A stretch of DNA of 64,000 bases, taken from positions 5,157,757 through 5,221,756 of the forward strand of contig MU054187.1 of NCBI GenBank assembly GCA_013239625.1, in the 5' to 3' direction. Positions 51,691 to 63,264 of this stretch are shown here, in pieces. Each line of letters starts with the position of its first letter. The stretch's first letter is position 1. Origin of the DNA: Lama guanicoe (Eukaryota). The notes below the pieces were generated by a model. That model was not told the DNA's origin, did not search any database, and saw nothing but the letters and a program-made list of their open reading frames with translations. The position numbers and the translations under genes were made by a program.

Positions 51691-54139
51691 TTGCTACTCA
51701 TTTGGTGATCTGAGTTTCTATCTTGACCTACTTGTGTGAACTCAGTAAGTGATGTAATCTTTTTACCACGTATTATTTGTTTAAAATGGGGATGCTAGAA
51801 TCGTGAGAAAGAACAGTGTTATTAAAGACTAGTCAGTGTTTTTTTCCTAAACATTTTTATTATTAAGAATGAAACCAATAACTGGTCATACCACAAAAGT
51901 CATCAAACCAAGCAACATTTTTACTTAAAATTCATGATGGTCTTATATCATAATAAACAAACTCAAAAAGCTAATCGAGCACAATTCTAGGAAAGAAGTT
52001 TAAGCTGATGAGACAATTTAGCCACATTACTATGGAACCTTTAGATTTATACCAGAAACCAAACCAAACAACAACAAAAAATCAATTCAAATAGGAAGAT
52101 GGTGGTTAGTGAAAGTATCCAGGACTGATGGGAGCCAAAAGAACAAATCATTAGAATTCTGTAGTTTCAGAAATTCCTTCTTCACAAGTATTTCATTAGA
52201 AATGACTTCAGTTGTATAAATATGATTTGATATTTACATTTTTCAGTTCACGTCTTTACTCTGAGATTTCTCTGAAAGAGAACTGCTGGGTACCACAAAG
52301 CTTCCAGATTGCTCAGTAGAGCATCTTTATCCAGTGTCTTTATTAAGCCCTAGGGAAACTTTCCAAGTCCCTGCTGAACTCATTGACCTGTAGAATCTTT
52401 CTTGCCTAGAATTTGGAGAACAGAGTTAGCATCAAACTGCATTGTGCTGGGTACTAAGATCAAAGTAATATACTTTCTGTATATAAACTATCTGGTTTGT
52501 TGAGTCATAGTCTGTGCTTTTTTGACAAAGAGTGAATTTTACAACACCCTTGACTGTTCAAAAAATAAGTACAGTACAAGATATTATCCTTTCCATAAAT
52601 AAAAAGAAGCCTCACTGAAGTTTTCTCCACAGATACTCTTTGTACGAAATAGGTTGTTTTGATTAACGTATATATAATCCAATCTCAAAAACTCAGTGAA
52701 AATACCATGACACTTATGAAGATCTTTTAAAGAGATGAATTAGATTCACATCTAATTCTGAAGAACCACACAAAAAAATGTTCCCTCCACAGTCCAAAGT
52801 CCAGTTCACTTTGACCTACAGAAGAATATTGTTTTCATTTATGGAAACATCCAGTCCCTTTTGGAAGAAATGTGTGATCTGAAATTCTTTCTCTCTATTC
52901 CTGGTAACTGATGGCAGTGAAATGCTATGAACCAGCTGTAGGAAAATGAGAAAGAAGCTGGTGGAAGGTGCCTTGCCCTGAAAGGGTCTTTCATTGTAAC
53001 GTTTTCATCTTAGGGACGCCCAAACAATCATAATTTCTTAAAAGAAGGCTCCCAAGAGGTCCGAAAAATTCTGGAACCAGTTTCACTTCGGTCTGATCCC
53101 ATGATCAACAGGACTGGATGTTTTCCTCTTACGGAGGCACTCGGTGGGGGTCACTCCATGAGGCTTCCCTTCCCGTGAGACGCAGAAGTTGACCAGGATT
53201 TGAAGACTCCACAAGGTGGTTAAGATTGGGTACCTGGTGGTGGCCAGGTCTCCCATGATTATACACACGACATCAGTTGTAAAAATATGCAGGCTTTTTT
53301 TCTGCCCCCAGTGTTGTTCTATTTTGGTTATAAATTACATTTTAACAATGAAAATTAATACTCCTTCAAAGTTGAGTCTGGATTTATCCATGTAAGAATC
53401 TATTTGACTCAGTACAATTAATACCTCTTAAAACCATGTGAAATTGAGATGCACAGTCATTTAAATGTTGAGAGGACTTTTGCTTCCATTTTAATTACTT
53501 ACATGACTGAAATGATATAGTATTGCAAATTGACTGATTTTCTTTGGAGTTTTCATACATTTCTTAAGAAGTGTTAACACTTTGTATGTAGAAAACTTTT
53601 ATTATAAATAATTCTGATATACTTACAATCAAAAGAAGAGAAGAAAATTGCTTTCCTAATAGGATATGTTTTCTGCAACGGGGTAGGTGTCTTATGAGAG
53701 CTAAATAAATAACAAGTAACACCTTATATTTACCTTGCTGGAGGTGAATAAATAAAGTGACAGAGAAATAAATTATTTTCCCTGCTAGCTAAGCACAGAG
53801 TCAACCTTCCTTAATAAGGTGTTGAAGCAACAGAGCAATACTTTCTTTGCTTTTTACCTTTATTGTGGGAGAATCACATCCCCAGGGCAGTCAGCTTTTA
53901 AGTCTAGAATTACAGGAAACACAATACCATTGCCTGTGTTTTAATTCATATATTCAGCCTAAGTTACTCCTTTAGTCACTACTTAAATATTTCTTGTCTT
54001 AAAAAAAATGCTTTAGGACCAAACTATAAGGCTTTATGACCAAATTGTAGGACTCTAAAGATAAATTATTTTAAAATCACAACACATCACATTTTATGTA
54101 TATATATATATCTGTGCAAGAATAGCATGTTTTATTTTT

Positions 54140-55375
54140 TATAATTGTAAAATGCCATTGGAATTTTGATAGAGATTGTAGTGAATCAATAGGTTTTGAG
54201 TACTATGGATATTTTAACAAAGTTAATTCTTCTGATCTAGGAACATAGGTATCTTTTACTTGTTTGTGTCTTCTTCAATTTTCTTATGTTTAAGTTTTTG
54301 AGGAATCACCATACTCTTCCGCAGCAGCTGCTCCATTTTATAATCCCACCAGCGATGTACAAGTGTTCCGATTTCTTTCTGTCCTCTCTAAGATTAGTAT
54401 TTTCTGTTTTTGTTTGTTTGTTTGCTTGTCTGTTTTTATGGTAGACTCCTAACAAATGGCAAGTGGTATCTTATTGTGATTTGGATTTGCATTTCCTTAA
54501 AGATGAGTGATATTGAGCATGTTTTCATGTACTTATTGGCCTTGCATGTATGTTTCCTTTGGAGAGATGTTTGTTCAACTTGTTGAACTGTTGAAATTCT
54601 TTATATATTCTGGATATTTATCCCTTATCAGATACATGATTTGCAATTATTTTCTCCCATTCTATGTGTTGTCTTTTCTCTCTGTTGATAGTGCCCTTTG
54701 ATGCACAAAAGTTTTGATTTTGATAAAGTCCAACTTATCTTTTTGTTGTCATTGTTGTTTGTGTTTTTTAGAATTACATCCGAGAAACATTTGCCATATC
54801 CAAGATCATAATGCTTTTCTCCTTATGTTTTCTTTTAAGATTTTCAAAAGGTTTTAGCTCTTACATTTAGCTCTTGATCCATTTTGAATTAAATTTTGTA
54901 TATAGTGTAAAGGGTTCAACTTTATTCTTTTGCATATGGATATCCAATTTTCTCAGCCTCTTTTCTCTAAAAAATTGTCCTTTTCCCTTTAAATAGTTTT
55001 GGCAGCCTTAGTAAAAAATCATTTGAAAATATCTGTGAGGCTTTATTTCTGGGCTTTTTATTTTATTTCATTGGTCTATATGTCTCTCTGATGGTCAGTA
55101 CCACACTGTTTTGATTACTGTAGTTTTGAAACAAGTTTTGAAATAAGAAAGTATGAGTTCTTCAATATTGTCCTTTTTTTCAAGATTGTTTTGGCTATTT
55201 GGTATCCTTTGAGTTTTTTTTTTCAAGTTCAGTTTTGAAAGTTCTTTATATATTCTAGATTCTAGTTCTTTGTTAGATATGTGGTTTGCAAATATTTTCT
55301 CCCAGTCTTTTCATCCACTTTACAGGGTCTTTCATAGAGTGAAGTTTATTTGTTGGTTTGATGAAGTCCAGCTAT
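54140..55375 (-). mobile_element. Cluster of L1MA/MB ORF2-3' fragments, reverse
   Basis: ttttgaggaatcaccatact...tcccaccagcgatgtac...gtggtatcttattgtg...cagtaccacactgttttgattactgtag. Confidence 0.88.
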
Positions 55376-55723
55376 GACATCTCCTAAAATTAGCATCGGG
55401 TTTGGCACATATTCTCAAATGCTTCTTTGTTGAAAAAATGGAATGAAGAAGTAAATGAGAGAGGAACTAGTAAATTTACTTGTAATTAATCATCGATATC
55501 TACTGCTGATACCTTGATGATTGTTAGATTTGAAAATAATAACATCTCATATAATTTTTTGGATATCTTTCACATGGAACAGTGTGTTTGTTGCAAGAGC
55601 ACATGGGTGGAATACTTACGGTGTTCAAGGGTCCAAGAACTAAAGAACAGAGAGGAGTTGGAAAAAAGTGGAGAATTCGAGGTAGTAAGAACGAGTAGGA
55701 GAATGGGGCGAAATGCTCTAATG

Positions 55724-56290
55724 CAGCATTTCTCAAAGTGAAGCCTGCAGGATCTGAGACAGCACTAGTCTTTTGCACTTTGTTAACATTTGCACTGATG
55801 GTACAAAAACAATGGTTGGTGCAAAACTAAGGTGGCCAAATCTGCTGGAACTTCAGTGTGAATCAAGGCCATAGCACCGAACTGTACTAGAAGCCGTTTT
55901 ATTCTTTACCACTATGCACGTGCAGAGAAAACAAAAAGCTATTTTCACTTAAGAAAGTCCTTGACTAAGCAGTAAAAATTAAATAACTAATAATTATTAA
56001 CTAAATCAAAAAATTCAAACTAAATAAATTAAAACAATGACTTTTATGCAATCCTAGTCATTGAGGGCATGTCTTTTTTATATTCTGTGTGGTGAAGGGG
56101 TAAGGATAAATAAAGAGCTTGTGCTAAATCCTGCCGTATTATGGTTGCCTCCATAAAAAGCAGTTTTGTGATTGCTTCAGTTGCAAGCACTTTTTGCACG
56201 GAACACCAGTTTTTACTTGATACAGCAACTTATAGACGAACTTTTTTCATCCTTGGGTATGTGGCAGACATTTTCTTGAAAATGATCAAC
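55724..56290 (+). mobile_element. Charlie1-like hAT DNA transposon fragment with transposase fossil
   Basis: Starts cagcatttctcaaagtg (TIR-like). atttgcactgatggtacaaaaacaatggttggt at 55788 reads ICTDGTKTMVG (hAT TDG motif). gaatcaaggccatagcaccgaactgtactag follows Charlie1. Confidence 0.8.
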
Positions 56291-56669
56291 GTGGCCACAA
56301 AGCACCTAAGCTTATTAATTAAAATAAGTCTTGTGTTCCAATTCATTTTCCATCTCAATTGTTATTTTCTCCAGACATCTTCCAGATGTTCCTCCAGACA
56401 TCTTTCCTCATGTTAAGATTTAAAGTTACTAAAGCAATAACTTTGATAATCTCTGTTTACCTTAAATTCAGCCAGCAATAGTAGAAGAATTAAAAACAAC
56501 AATCAGAGATTTTCATAATGACTTCCAGCATTGTATTCAGAGGGATGGAAGGGAATTTAACAATGGGATGGAAGGCGGAGGGGAGTTTACGGAAAACACC
56601 TCTTTAATATGCATATCGGCTCTCTGGCCACCCTGTAAATACCCATAGCCTAGCAATTAGTAAACATTA

Positions 56670-56822
56670 TTTTAATTGCCTATTTACTTGTTGTCTTTGA
56701 GCACTAGATAGTTCTCTTGGAAGGCAGGGATTATGTCTCATTAACCATGACATCTAAAATTATCATTGGGCTTGGCACAGGGTGGGCGTTTGTTGCTTCT
56801 TTGCTAGCAGAATGGAATGAAG
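56670..56822 (+). mobile_element. LINE-2 3' tail
   Basis: ctagatagttctcttggaaggcagggattatgtc...gggcttggcacag...gaatggaatgaa. Confidence 0.65.
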
Positions 56823-57832
56823 ACGTTATAGAGGGATCAGTAAATTTACCTCTAATTCGCATTTGTGGTATTTCCCTGCTGATATCTTGACCACTGTTAG
56901 ATTTGAGAATAGCAGCACCGCATTTTTTTTGATATCTGTTAGAATTTATCACATTTTTAGACAATGTTGGTGCTAAAAAAAAGCACAAAAAATGATTTGA
57001 TGCAGCTTGGTATTTTGGTGGGGGTTAAATGTGGGCAATAATACTTATTTTATTAGGATGTGCTAAGACAGAAATACACACACATACCTATGTAAGTTTA
57101 TATATGAAGCATTTAGCCTGTGCCCCATATATAGTAACTATTGTTTTTATTACAGCTGCCATGGAGAACGCAATAATGAGAAAATGCAGCTGTTTCTCCT
57201 GTTACAGTCACCTACCTTAGAAATCTCTACTTGGAACCTACTGATAAATAATTTAAGGTAAGTAAAAGCACATTAGCCCTTAACCTCTTTCGGATGCCAG
57301 TTCTAATTGTGACATTTCTTAACCAAAGCAGTAACAGCGAGAATTTTCGGACTAGGAATCATGTTTCTCACTCTGTGCTGTTGTCTTCTCGATAGGCAGG
57401 TACAAGAAGTAGGAGTACCAGCTGGAAGCGGGTACCGCCCACTCGCCATCCAGAGCCTTGTTGTATCGCATGTTACCGTCAGAACGTGAGTAACACGAAA
57501 ACCTGGACTTGTACCTGTTCTGTTCATTTCCATGTTCCTAGAGCTTGCTTCACAGTAAGCCTTCCGTTTATAGTTTTCCAGTGAATGACTGCGTCACTGT
57601 TATTTAAATTTTAATATTTAATAAAAGTTCCTGCACCAATGCTTGTAGGTTTTATTTCAGAAAACAATGTTGTACAACAAATAATGTAAAAAAACGGGGG
57701 TGGAGGGGGTGGTGGCGGAGGGCAAGGCGGCCACAAAGATTAAGTAACAATAGAGAAAATATGAAAAGGCATTTAAAAACATCTTGTGAAACTTGTGTTA
57801 CTTTTGTAAACGTCTGGCTACATGGCAGTGGT

Positions 57833-58198
57833 GGCAGTGGGGGATGGGGGTGTTGGGAGGAGGGAGAGGTGACTGGTCAGAGCGCCGAGGAATTTTAGGG
57901 CAGGGGAACTACTCTATATGATAATACAGTGGTCGGTACGTGCCATTATACATTTGCCAAAACCCACAGCACGTACAGCATCAAGAGCGAACCCTTACAG
58001 TAAACTGCGGGCTTTGGGGGATAATGACATGTCAACACGGGTTCATCTATTGTAACAATTGTATTACTCAGGTGCTGGGCGGAAATAGCGGGGAAGGTTG
58101 TGTGTGTGGTCGCAGGTGTAGTTGGGAAATCTTTGTATATTCCACTCAATTTTGTTGTGAACCTAAAACTGCTCTAAAAAATAAAGTCTATCAAAAAA
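57833..58198 (+). mobile_element. L1MC1-like 3' end
   Basis: ttttagggcaggggaactactctatatgata...ccattatacatttgccaaaacccacag...tgtgaacctaaaactgctctaaaaaataaagtctat followed by an A tail. Confidence 0.88.
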
Positions 58199-59045
58199 GG
58201 AAGTTGGCCTAATGGTAATTTCATGGTAAATCTTCCATTGAGCATTATAAAATAAAACCACTTCCCCTGGAAAATTAATAAACGAAGTCTCTTTTGCTTT
58301 CCATCTTTGGTATCATGGCTTAATCATTTCAGCTACAATGGAAAAATCTGTTACCGTTGTCTTCCCAGAAATTATAAGTTTCGTTTTATAATAAATGCAT
58401 AAAATGGTGTATGAAACGATAGTACTTCTTGACAGCATAAATCCAGCTATTAATTAAATAATTAGTTTGTTTCATAAACAATAATTTAGAATCCAGATTG
58501 CTCAGGGTGCCATGCCAAGTGTTCTAACACACAGAGATTTTTTTTTAAATGATAATCTGCTTCATTTGTGAGATGGCTTGCCATTTTCAGATATTTACAC
58601 CTATATATTTTTTTATTTGCACCTCACAGCCCTGGGCACTCAACAGGGAAGATCTCAAACTTCTACTTAAGAAGTTTTTCTTGATTGAAAAAAATTTATA
58701 TTTCTGCGCAGTAATAAAATTTAAAGGAAAATAGAGTTTTAAAATGAAAACGATTCCGTTTGCCTAATTGGCTTAATAAAATAGCTTTAATTAATTTTTT
58801 TAACTTTTCAAACTGTTCATATATGAAGTGTAATCACTATTGGTTCAGAGGTGGTATTCAGAGAAACTATTTATTTACCAAAGTAGAAAATATTATCAAA
58901 GTAGGGTACTAGAAGGAAAATGTGTTACTAGTAAATTTGGGAAAATGTGCAGTGGTCAGTAAGATCTGGCGGAACTTAGAGATGTTTTGTATGTTTTTTT
59001 GTTTTTTGTTTTTGATGCAAGAATAAGCGGAAGTAGGAACACAGT

Positions 59046-59382
59046 TGTTACCGAAACCAGGTAGAGTTAAAGTCTTTAGAAAGGATGAATTTTGGATGCC
59101 CGACTGTCAGTGGCCATGGAGAGAGGTCTTTCTCTCCCTTGTTAAGGCTCCCTTCACAAACCTCTACCCTAGGAAGGAGGCAAATAGGAGAAAGAGGAGG
59201 AGCCCTGTGTTTACTCAGTTCTTCCCTGGAGAGAGTCCGGGAGGAGCCCAAGGGAGTTCACTGCGGTTGAAGTCAAGCGGCTGGCGTTGGGGGAGCATAG
59301 ACGGCTGTTGACGCGATGAGTCCTCCTGTTCCTTCCTGGCAGCCGGGAAGGTAGACCCACCCAGAGGGCCCAGGGTTGAACA
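59046..59382 (-). mobile_element. Candidate ERV solo LTR (family not recognised)
   Basis: 337-bp GC/CpG-richer block in AT-rich DNA with TGTT...AACA ends. Flanks cacagt (59040-59045) and ctcagt (59383-59388) could be a TSD with one mismatch. Confidence 0.5.
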
Positions 59383-60079
59383 CTCAGTCATGCGCGTAAT
59401 AATTCCTTAAACCATAGAATAAGAGTCATGTCTCATTTTTCTTTTATTTGGCTTCGCTTTAGATGAAAGCTAGATTTAAACTTGCCAACAATGCTATAAT
59501 TACTATTTCACATGACTACATCATATTATAGAAGATGTGCATTTTACTATCTCTAGGCATCGAGGTGGCATCTAATTCATGTTTTATAATTTGTATTATA
59601 CATACTGATATTGTGAACATTTTGTAATTTATATTATACATACCGATGGTGGGAGCATCTTTGTTCTGTACTATGGCATTAAATAGAAGTGGAGTTGGAA
59701 ATACAAACTGCAATGTAAGGTATGAGTGAACAAGCTTTAACAACTTTGCTTCTGTTTTAATTGTCTGCTAGAAATAGATACGTCATTAGTTTAGCTTGCA
59801 TCTCTTTGCTGTTACTTAGACTTCGTTTTAATTATTAATTATTTCCCGCTGCCTGTGAGTGACTAGTTCATGTTATCTTTTTTCCTCTCTTTCCATTCTG
59901 CCATCTTGCCCTGTTTCCTGCTTTGTATGACTAGTGGGAAGAGTAAGGGAATACATTCAAATGACTCTAACATAGCTAAAATGTTAACTCTCCTTAATCA
60001 GACTAATATTTCTACCCCCTCACTGACACTATTCTTGGCAAGTCTTTGAGCCACATTCTTTTTGCTAAATTCTAAAGTA

Positions 60080-61512
60080 AACTCAGATTTGTGCCTCCTT
60101 TCTCCACCCCAAGAAATCTCCTCCTCTTCCTCTGTCCTATGTCTATGAATTTATCAACTGACCCAGACCACAGATTTTGGATCTGATTAACTCCTGCCTT
60201 TCCCTCCTCTCCTACATCGATCCCATCTCCAAGCTTCACCAATTCTACTTTCTGAGACTCTCTGGCAGCCGTCCACTTTTCTCTGTTTCCCCCAGACGGT
60301 ACCTCAGTTCACAGCACCCTTGAAGCCCACCTGGCTTGTGGAATTGAGCTCTGGTCTGGCTCCCTGACGAGTCCTCCCCCACTCGGTCTTCAGCATCCCC
60401 TCTGCTCTCCTCCACCTGCTGTTCATCCGGGTACTTTCCTTACAGGTACATCTTCCTGCACTGAACCACTACCTTTTGGAGTTCTTTAATTCTGTCCTCA
60501 CTTTGTTTTCTCTCCCAAAGGAATCACATTCCTGCCCTCTCTTTCGTTCAGGATCTGTAGACTGATCTTAAGTTTTTATCTCTAATCTAGACTTTTCTGG
60601 TATGAGCCAGACCAGTTTGTCCAACCACTTTCTAAATATTTCTGCTTGATAATCTCTAAACCTTAAAGTTTCTCAAGGCCAATTTATAGGCTACTGAATC
60701 CCGAGCTTCTATTTTTTCCACTTTTCAAGCTACCCAGTAGCTTAAACCCCGGAGTCATCTTTGCCACTTCTTACTCCCTCTTTTCCTTCTCAACGTCTAA
60801 TCCACTACCACGTCGTGCAGATGGCAGGTGCTAACTAGCTCTTGAATCTACCCATATGTCTTCTCTCACCATCGCCGCTCTTCTCAGCCAGAATATAACC
60901 CCAATCTGCCTGCAAACTCTCACGGTCTCTAACGAGCATCTCCACAGCCGCTTCTCTTCCTCTCACCAAATCTTGTTTTCCACACTGCAGTGCCCGATAC
61001 TTAAAAAAAATTCTGATTACGTTGCCCCCTTGCTCTGAGGTTAAACAATAGAATCCTTATCATGGCTTCAAGGCTGTGAATAATCTGGCCCTCGCTTCCT
61101 CTTTTCCTGTGTTCTCACCTGCTCCCCCTTGCTGTCTGCGCTCCCACGCTCCTTACCTTCTATTCTTTACGTGTTTCACGTTCCTTCCAGCCGTGTTCCC
61201 TCCATCTGGAATGTAGACTCCCCTCCCCACGCACACGCTGCCCACAATTCCTTCTAGCATTACCTGTCTCACCCTTAGGGTCGTTTCCTCAGGAAAAACT
61301 TTCTTGACCCAGCAGTCTAGTTCAGGTTGCTTTGCTGTATGATCTGAGCGGACACTGTCTCCTTCTTCACGGTATTTATCCATTTATGCTCTCAGGAGAC
61401 TCTGAACCAAGTCATCAGAAGCCGAGGCTCTACCTGGTGTTGTTGACCATTATATTTCCAGGCGCTGTCACCTCACCTGGAACTCAGTCGCTGTTTATTA
61501 AATGAATGCATG
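60080..61512 (+). mobile_element. LINE-2 fragments ending in the 3' tail
   Basis: ggagtcatctttgccacttcttactccctc...aataatctggccc...ttattaaatgaatgcatgaa. Confidence 0.75.
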
Positions 61513-61537
61513 AACGTCATTTCCAACTCAAGGGGAC

Positions 61538-61865
61538 TGTCATAGGGAAGACACATCTGACTCCATATTAGATCTGTTCCTTTGTCTCTAACCCTGGGCT
61601 CTGTTGCCTGGGCTCAGTCATGCTGGTTCTGGACCTTTTCTCAAAGAATGTTGCCTAGAGCCTGAACTATACGGGACAGCCCGTTCTCAAGGCTCTGACC
61701 TTTAAGGTCAGCACACTCTTCCATTCATATAGAGATAAAAAGTTGCAGAACAGAGAATAGCAATTGTCTTGTTGGAGGTTTACAGGAACATCATGACCTG
61801 ACCTGCGTGGACAGCTGCAGGAACAGAGGATTCTGACACCCAGGAGTTTGTGACTTTCTCACTGA
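61538..61865 (+). mobile_element. MER41-like (cetartiodactyl) ERV1 LTR, 5' part
   Basis: tgtcatagggaagacacatctgactccatattagatctgtt...gttgcctagagcctgaactatac...agcccgttctcaaggctctgacctttaa matches my recollection of MER41_BT-type LTRs. Confidence 0.7.
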
Positions 61866-62202
61866 TGGAACTGTAGACGGGTTGGGAAAGTTGAGTGCAG
61901 TTCCTGGCCTGAACAAGACTGAGATATTCAAAATAACGCGTTTGTGAGACAGGAAGGAGCGCAACACATACCTTGTCAGTGTCGGCAAGGAGGCACAGGC
62001 AACAGAGACCGGAAGCGGTGTTTGGGGGATTCCTGCAGACTTGGTTTCCTATAGTTTGGAAATGTGACTATCTTTGCGTTGTTTGTTTTTCTCTTAAATT
62101 ATTTTAATTTCGTTCTCTATTAGCATTTAATGAAGTTCTCTTTGAAAATGCCAGCTGGCCCGAAATGTTCAGTGAGGAACCAGAGAAGAGTATGTTTCAT
62201 GT

Positions 62203-62563
62203 TGTTAGTAGGCAAACTGAGGTATGTTAGACTTTGGAAGAGCTTCTTGGAGCAAACGTTGGTTAGAAACCCGGCAGCACCAAAATGAAAGTGGTTGGGG
62301 CCCCTGCGAACAGGAGTCAGGGGAAGACTTTTGTAGAGAAGACACAGGGGCAGGGAAGGCAACTGCCTGATTGGCTACAGCTCGGCGGCCTTATTGGGGA
62401 AAGCTCGGTCAACTGTTTAGGACTGGCTGTTCTTAGGTTACGATTTCTCAGCCTTGAGGCTTTTACAGGAACTGACTCTGCTTTAGTTTTCAGGTTGCTT
62501 CTGCAGGCTGCCACTGTTAGAGCCACTCTGGTCTAATCGCCTCCTTGTTTAATGACTGTAACA
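62203..62563 (-). mobile_element. ERV1-class solo LTR, apparently full length
   Basis: TGTTA...TAACA inverted ends. 4-bp flanks atgt / ctgt (TSD with one mismatch). Two CCAAT boxes on the minus strand upstream of a TATA-like tacaaaa. Confidence 0.75.
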
Positions 62564-62584
62564 CTGTTTTCTTTTTAAAACTTA

Positions 62585-62760
62585 AAAAAATTTAAAATCT
62601 AGTTGATTGACAATGTTGTGTTCATTTCAGGTGTACAGCAAAGTGATTCAGTTATGCATTTATGTATATGTTCTTTTTCAGATTCTTCTCCATTATAGGT
62701 TATTATTAAGATACTGTGCTACACAGTAGGTCCTTGATGTTTGCTGTGTGTGTTTTGATG
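62585..62760 (-). mobile_element. Short LINE-1 3' end (cetartiodactyl type), reverse
   Basis: tagttgattgacaatgttgtgttcatttcaggtgtacagcaaagtgattcagttat...ctgtgctacacagtaggtccttg; same family as 181-408 and 44705-45190. Confidence 0.85.
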
Positions 62761-63044
62761 CGTGTTATCAGATCTGGTAATAATATTGGAAGCAGTGTGT
62801 TCTCCCTGGAGGGGTGAGCATAGGGGCAGTGGTAGGAATTAAAGCAAGAGATCATGACACAATGAAGTAGTGAAGAAGAGTTGACTCCACTTGTCCCACC
62901 AAAATTTGTTCCATCTGAGATAGTCCTTACATTCCGTTTAATGAGACACGTAGTCGCCAGAGTGTGGCATTGTGCGTCAGCTCTGAAGACCACACACTGC
63001 AGAGTTTGATGCCTGATTTTCTTCACTACAAAGAATGTTCTTAG

Positions 63045-63095
63045 GATGATGATGATGGTGGTGATGATGATGGTGATGATGAAGATGATGGTGAT
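63045..63095 (+). repeat. Imperfect (GAT/GGT)n trinucleotide repeat
   Basis: Seen directly. Confidence 0.9.
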
Positions 63096-63156
63096 TACTC
63101 ACACATTATTGATGATTTCAGTTACAGCTTCCACGTCTGTAAGAATACTTTTTACC

Positions 63157-63264
63157 GGGGGGAGAGTATAGCTCAGTGGTAGAGTATATCCATAGCATGC
63201 GCAAAGTCCTGGGTTCAATCCCCAGTACCTCCATTAAAACAAACAAACAAACAACAACAAAAAA
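63157..63264 (+). mobile_element. tRNA-Ala(AGC)-derived SINE (camelid Vic-1 type) with 16-bp TSD
   Basis: tRNA-like head with A box tagctcagtgg (63169-63179) and B box ggttcaatccc (63212-63222), an A/AAAC tail, and TSD aagaatactttttacc (63141-63156) / aagaatgctttttacc (63265-63280). Confidence 0.93.

Noticed and set aside
52900..53300. GC-balanced unique stretch considered as a processed pseudogene or hidden exon
   Set aside because: No recognisable protein in the ORF track, no poly-A tail and no TSD.
56389..56406. Short ctccagacatctt duplication with a small hairpin just upstream
   Set aside because: Too short to separate from ordinary micro-duplication.
55724..56416. Possible domesticated hAT transposase
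   Set aside because: Only a short TDG motif survives. The CxxH region is degenerate and there is no long ORF.
63157..63233. Possible genuine tRNA-Ala gene
   Set aside because: The anticodon stem is disrupted (tatcc/gcgca), it has an A-rich tail rather than an oligo-T terminator, and it has a 16-bp TSD. It is a retroposed SINE.
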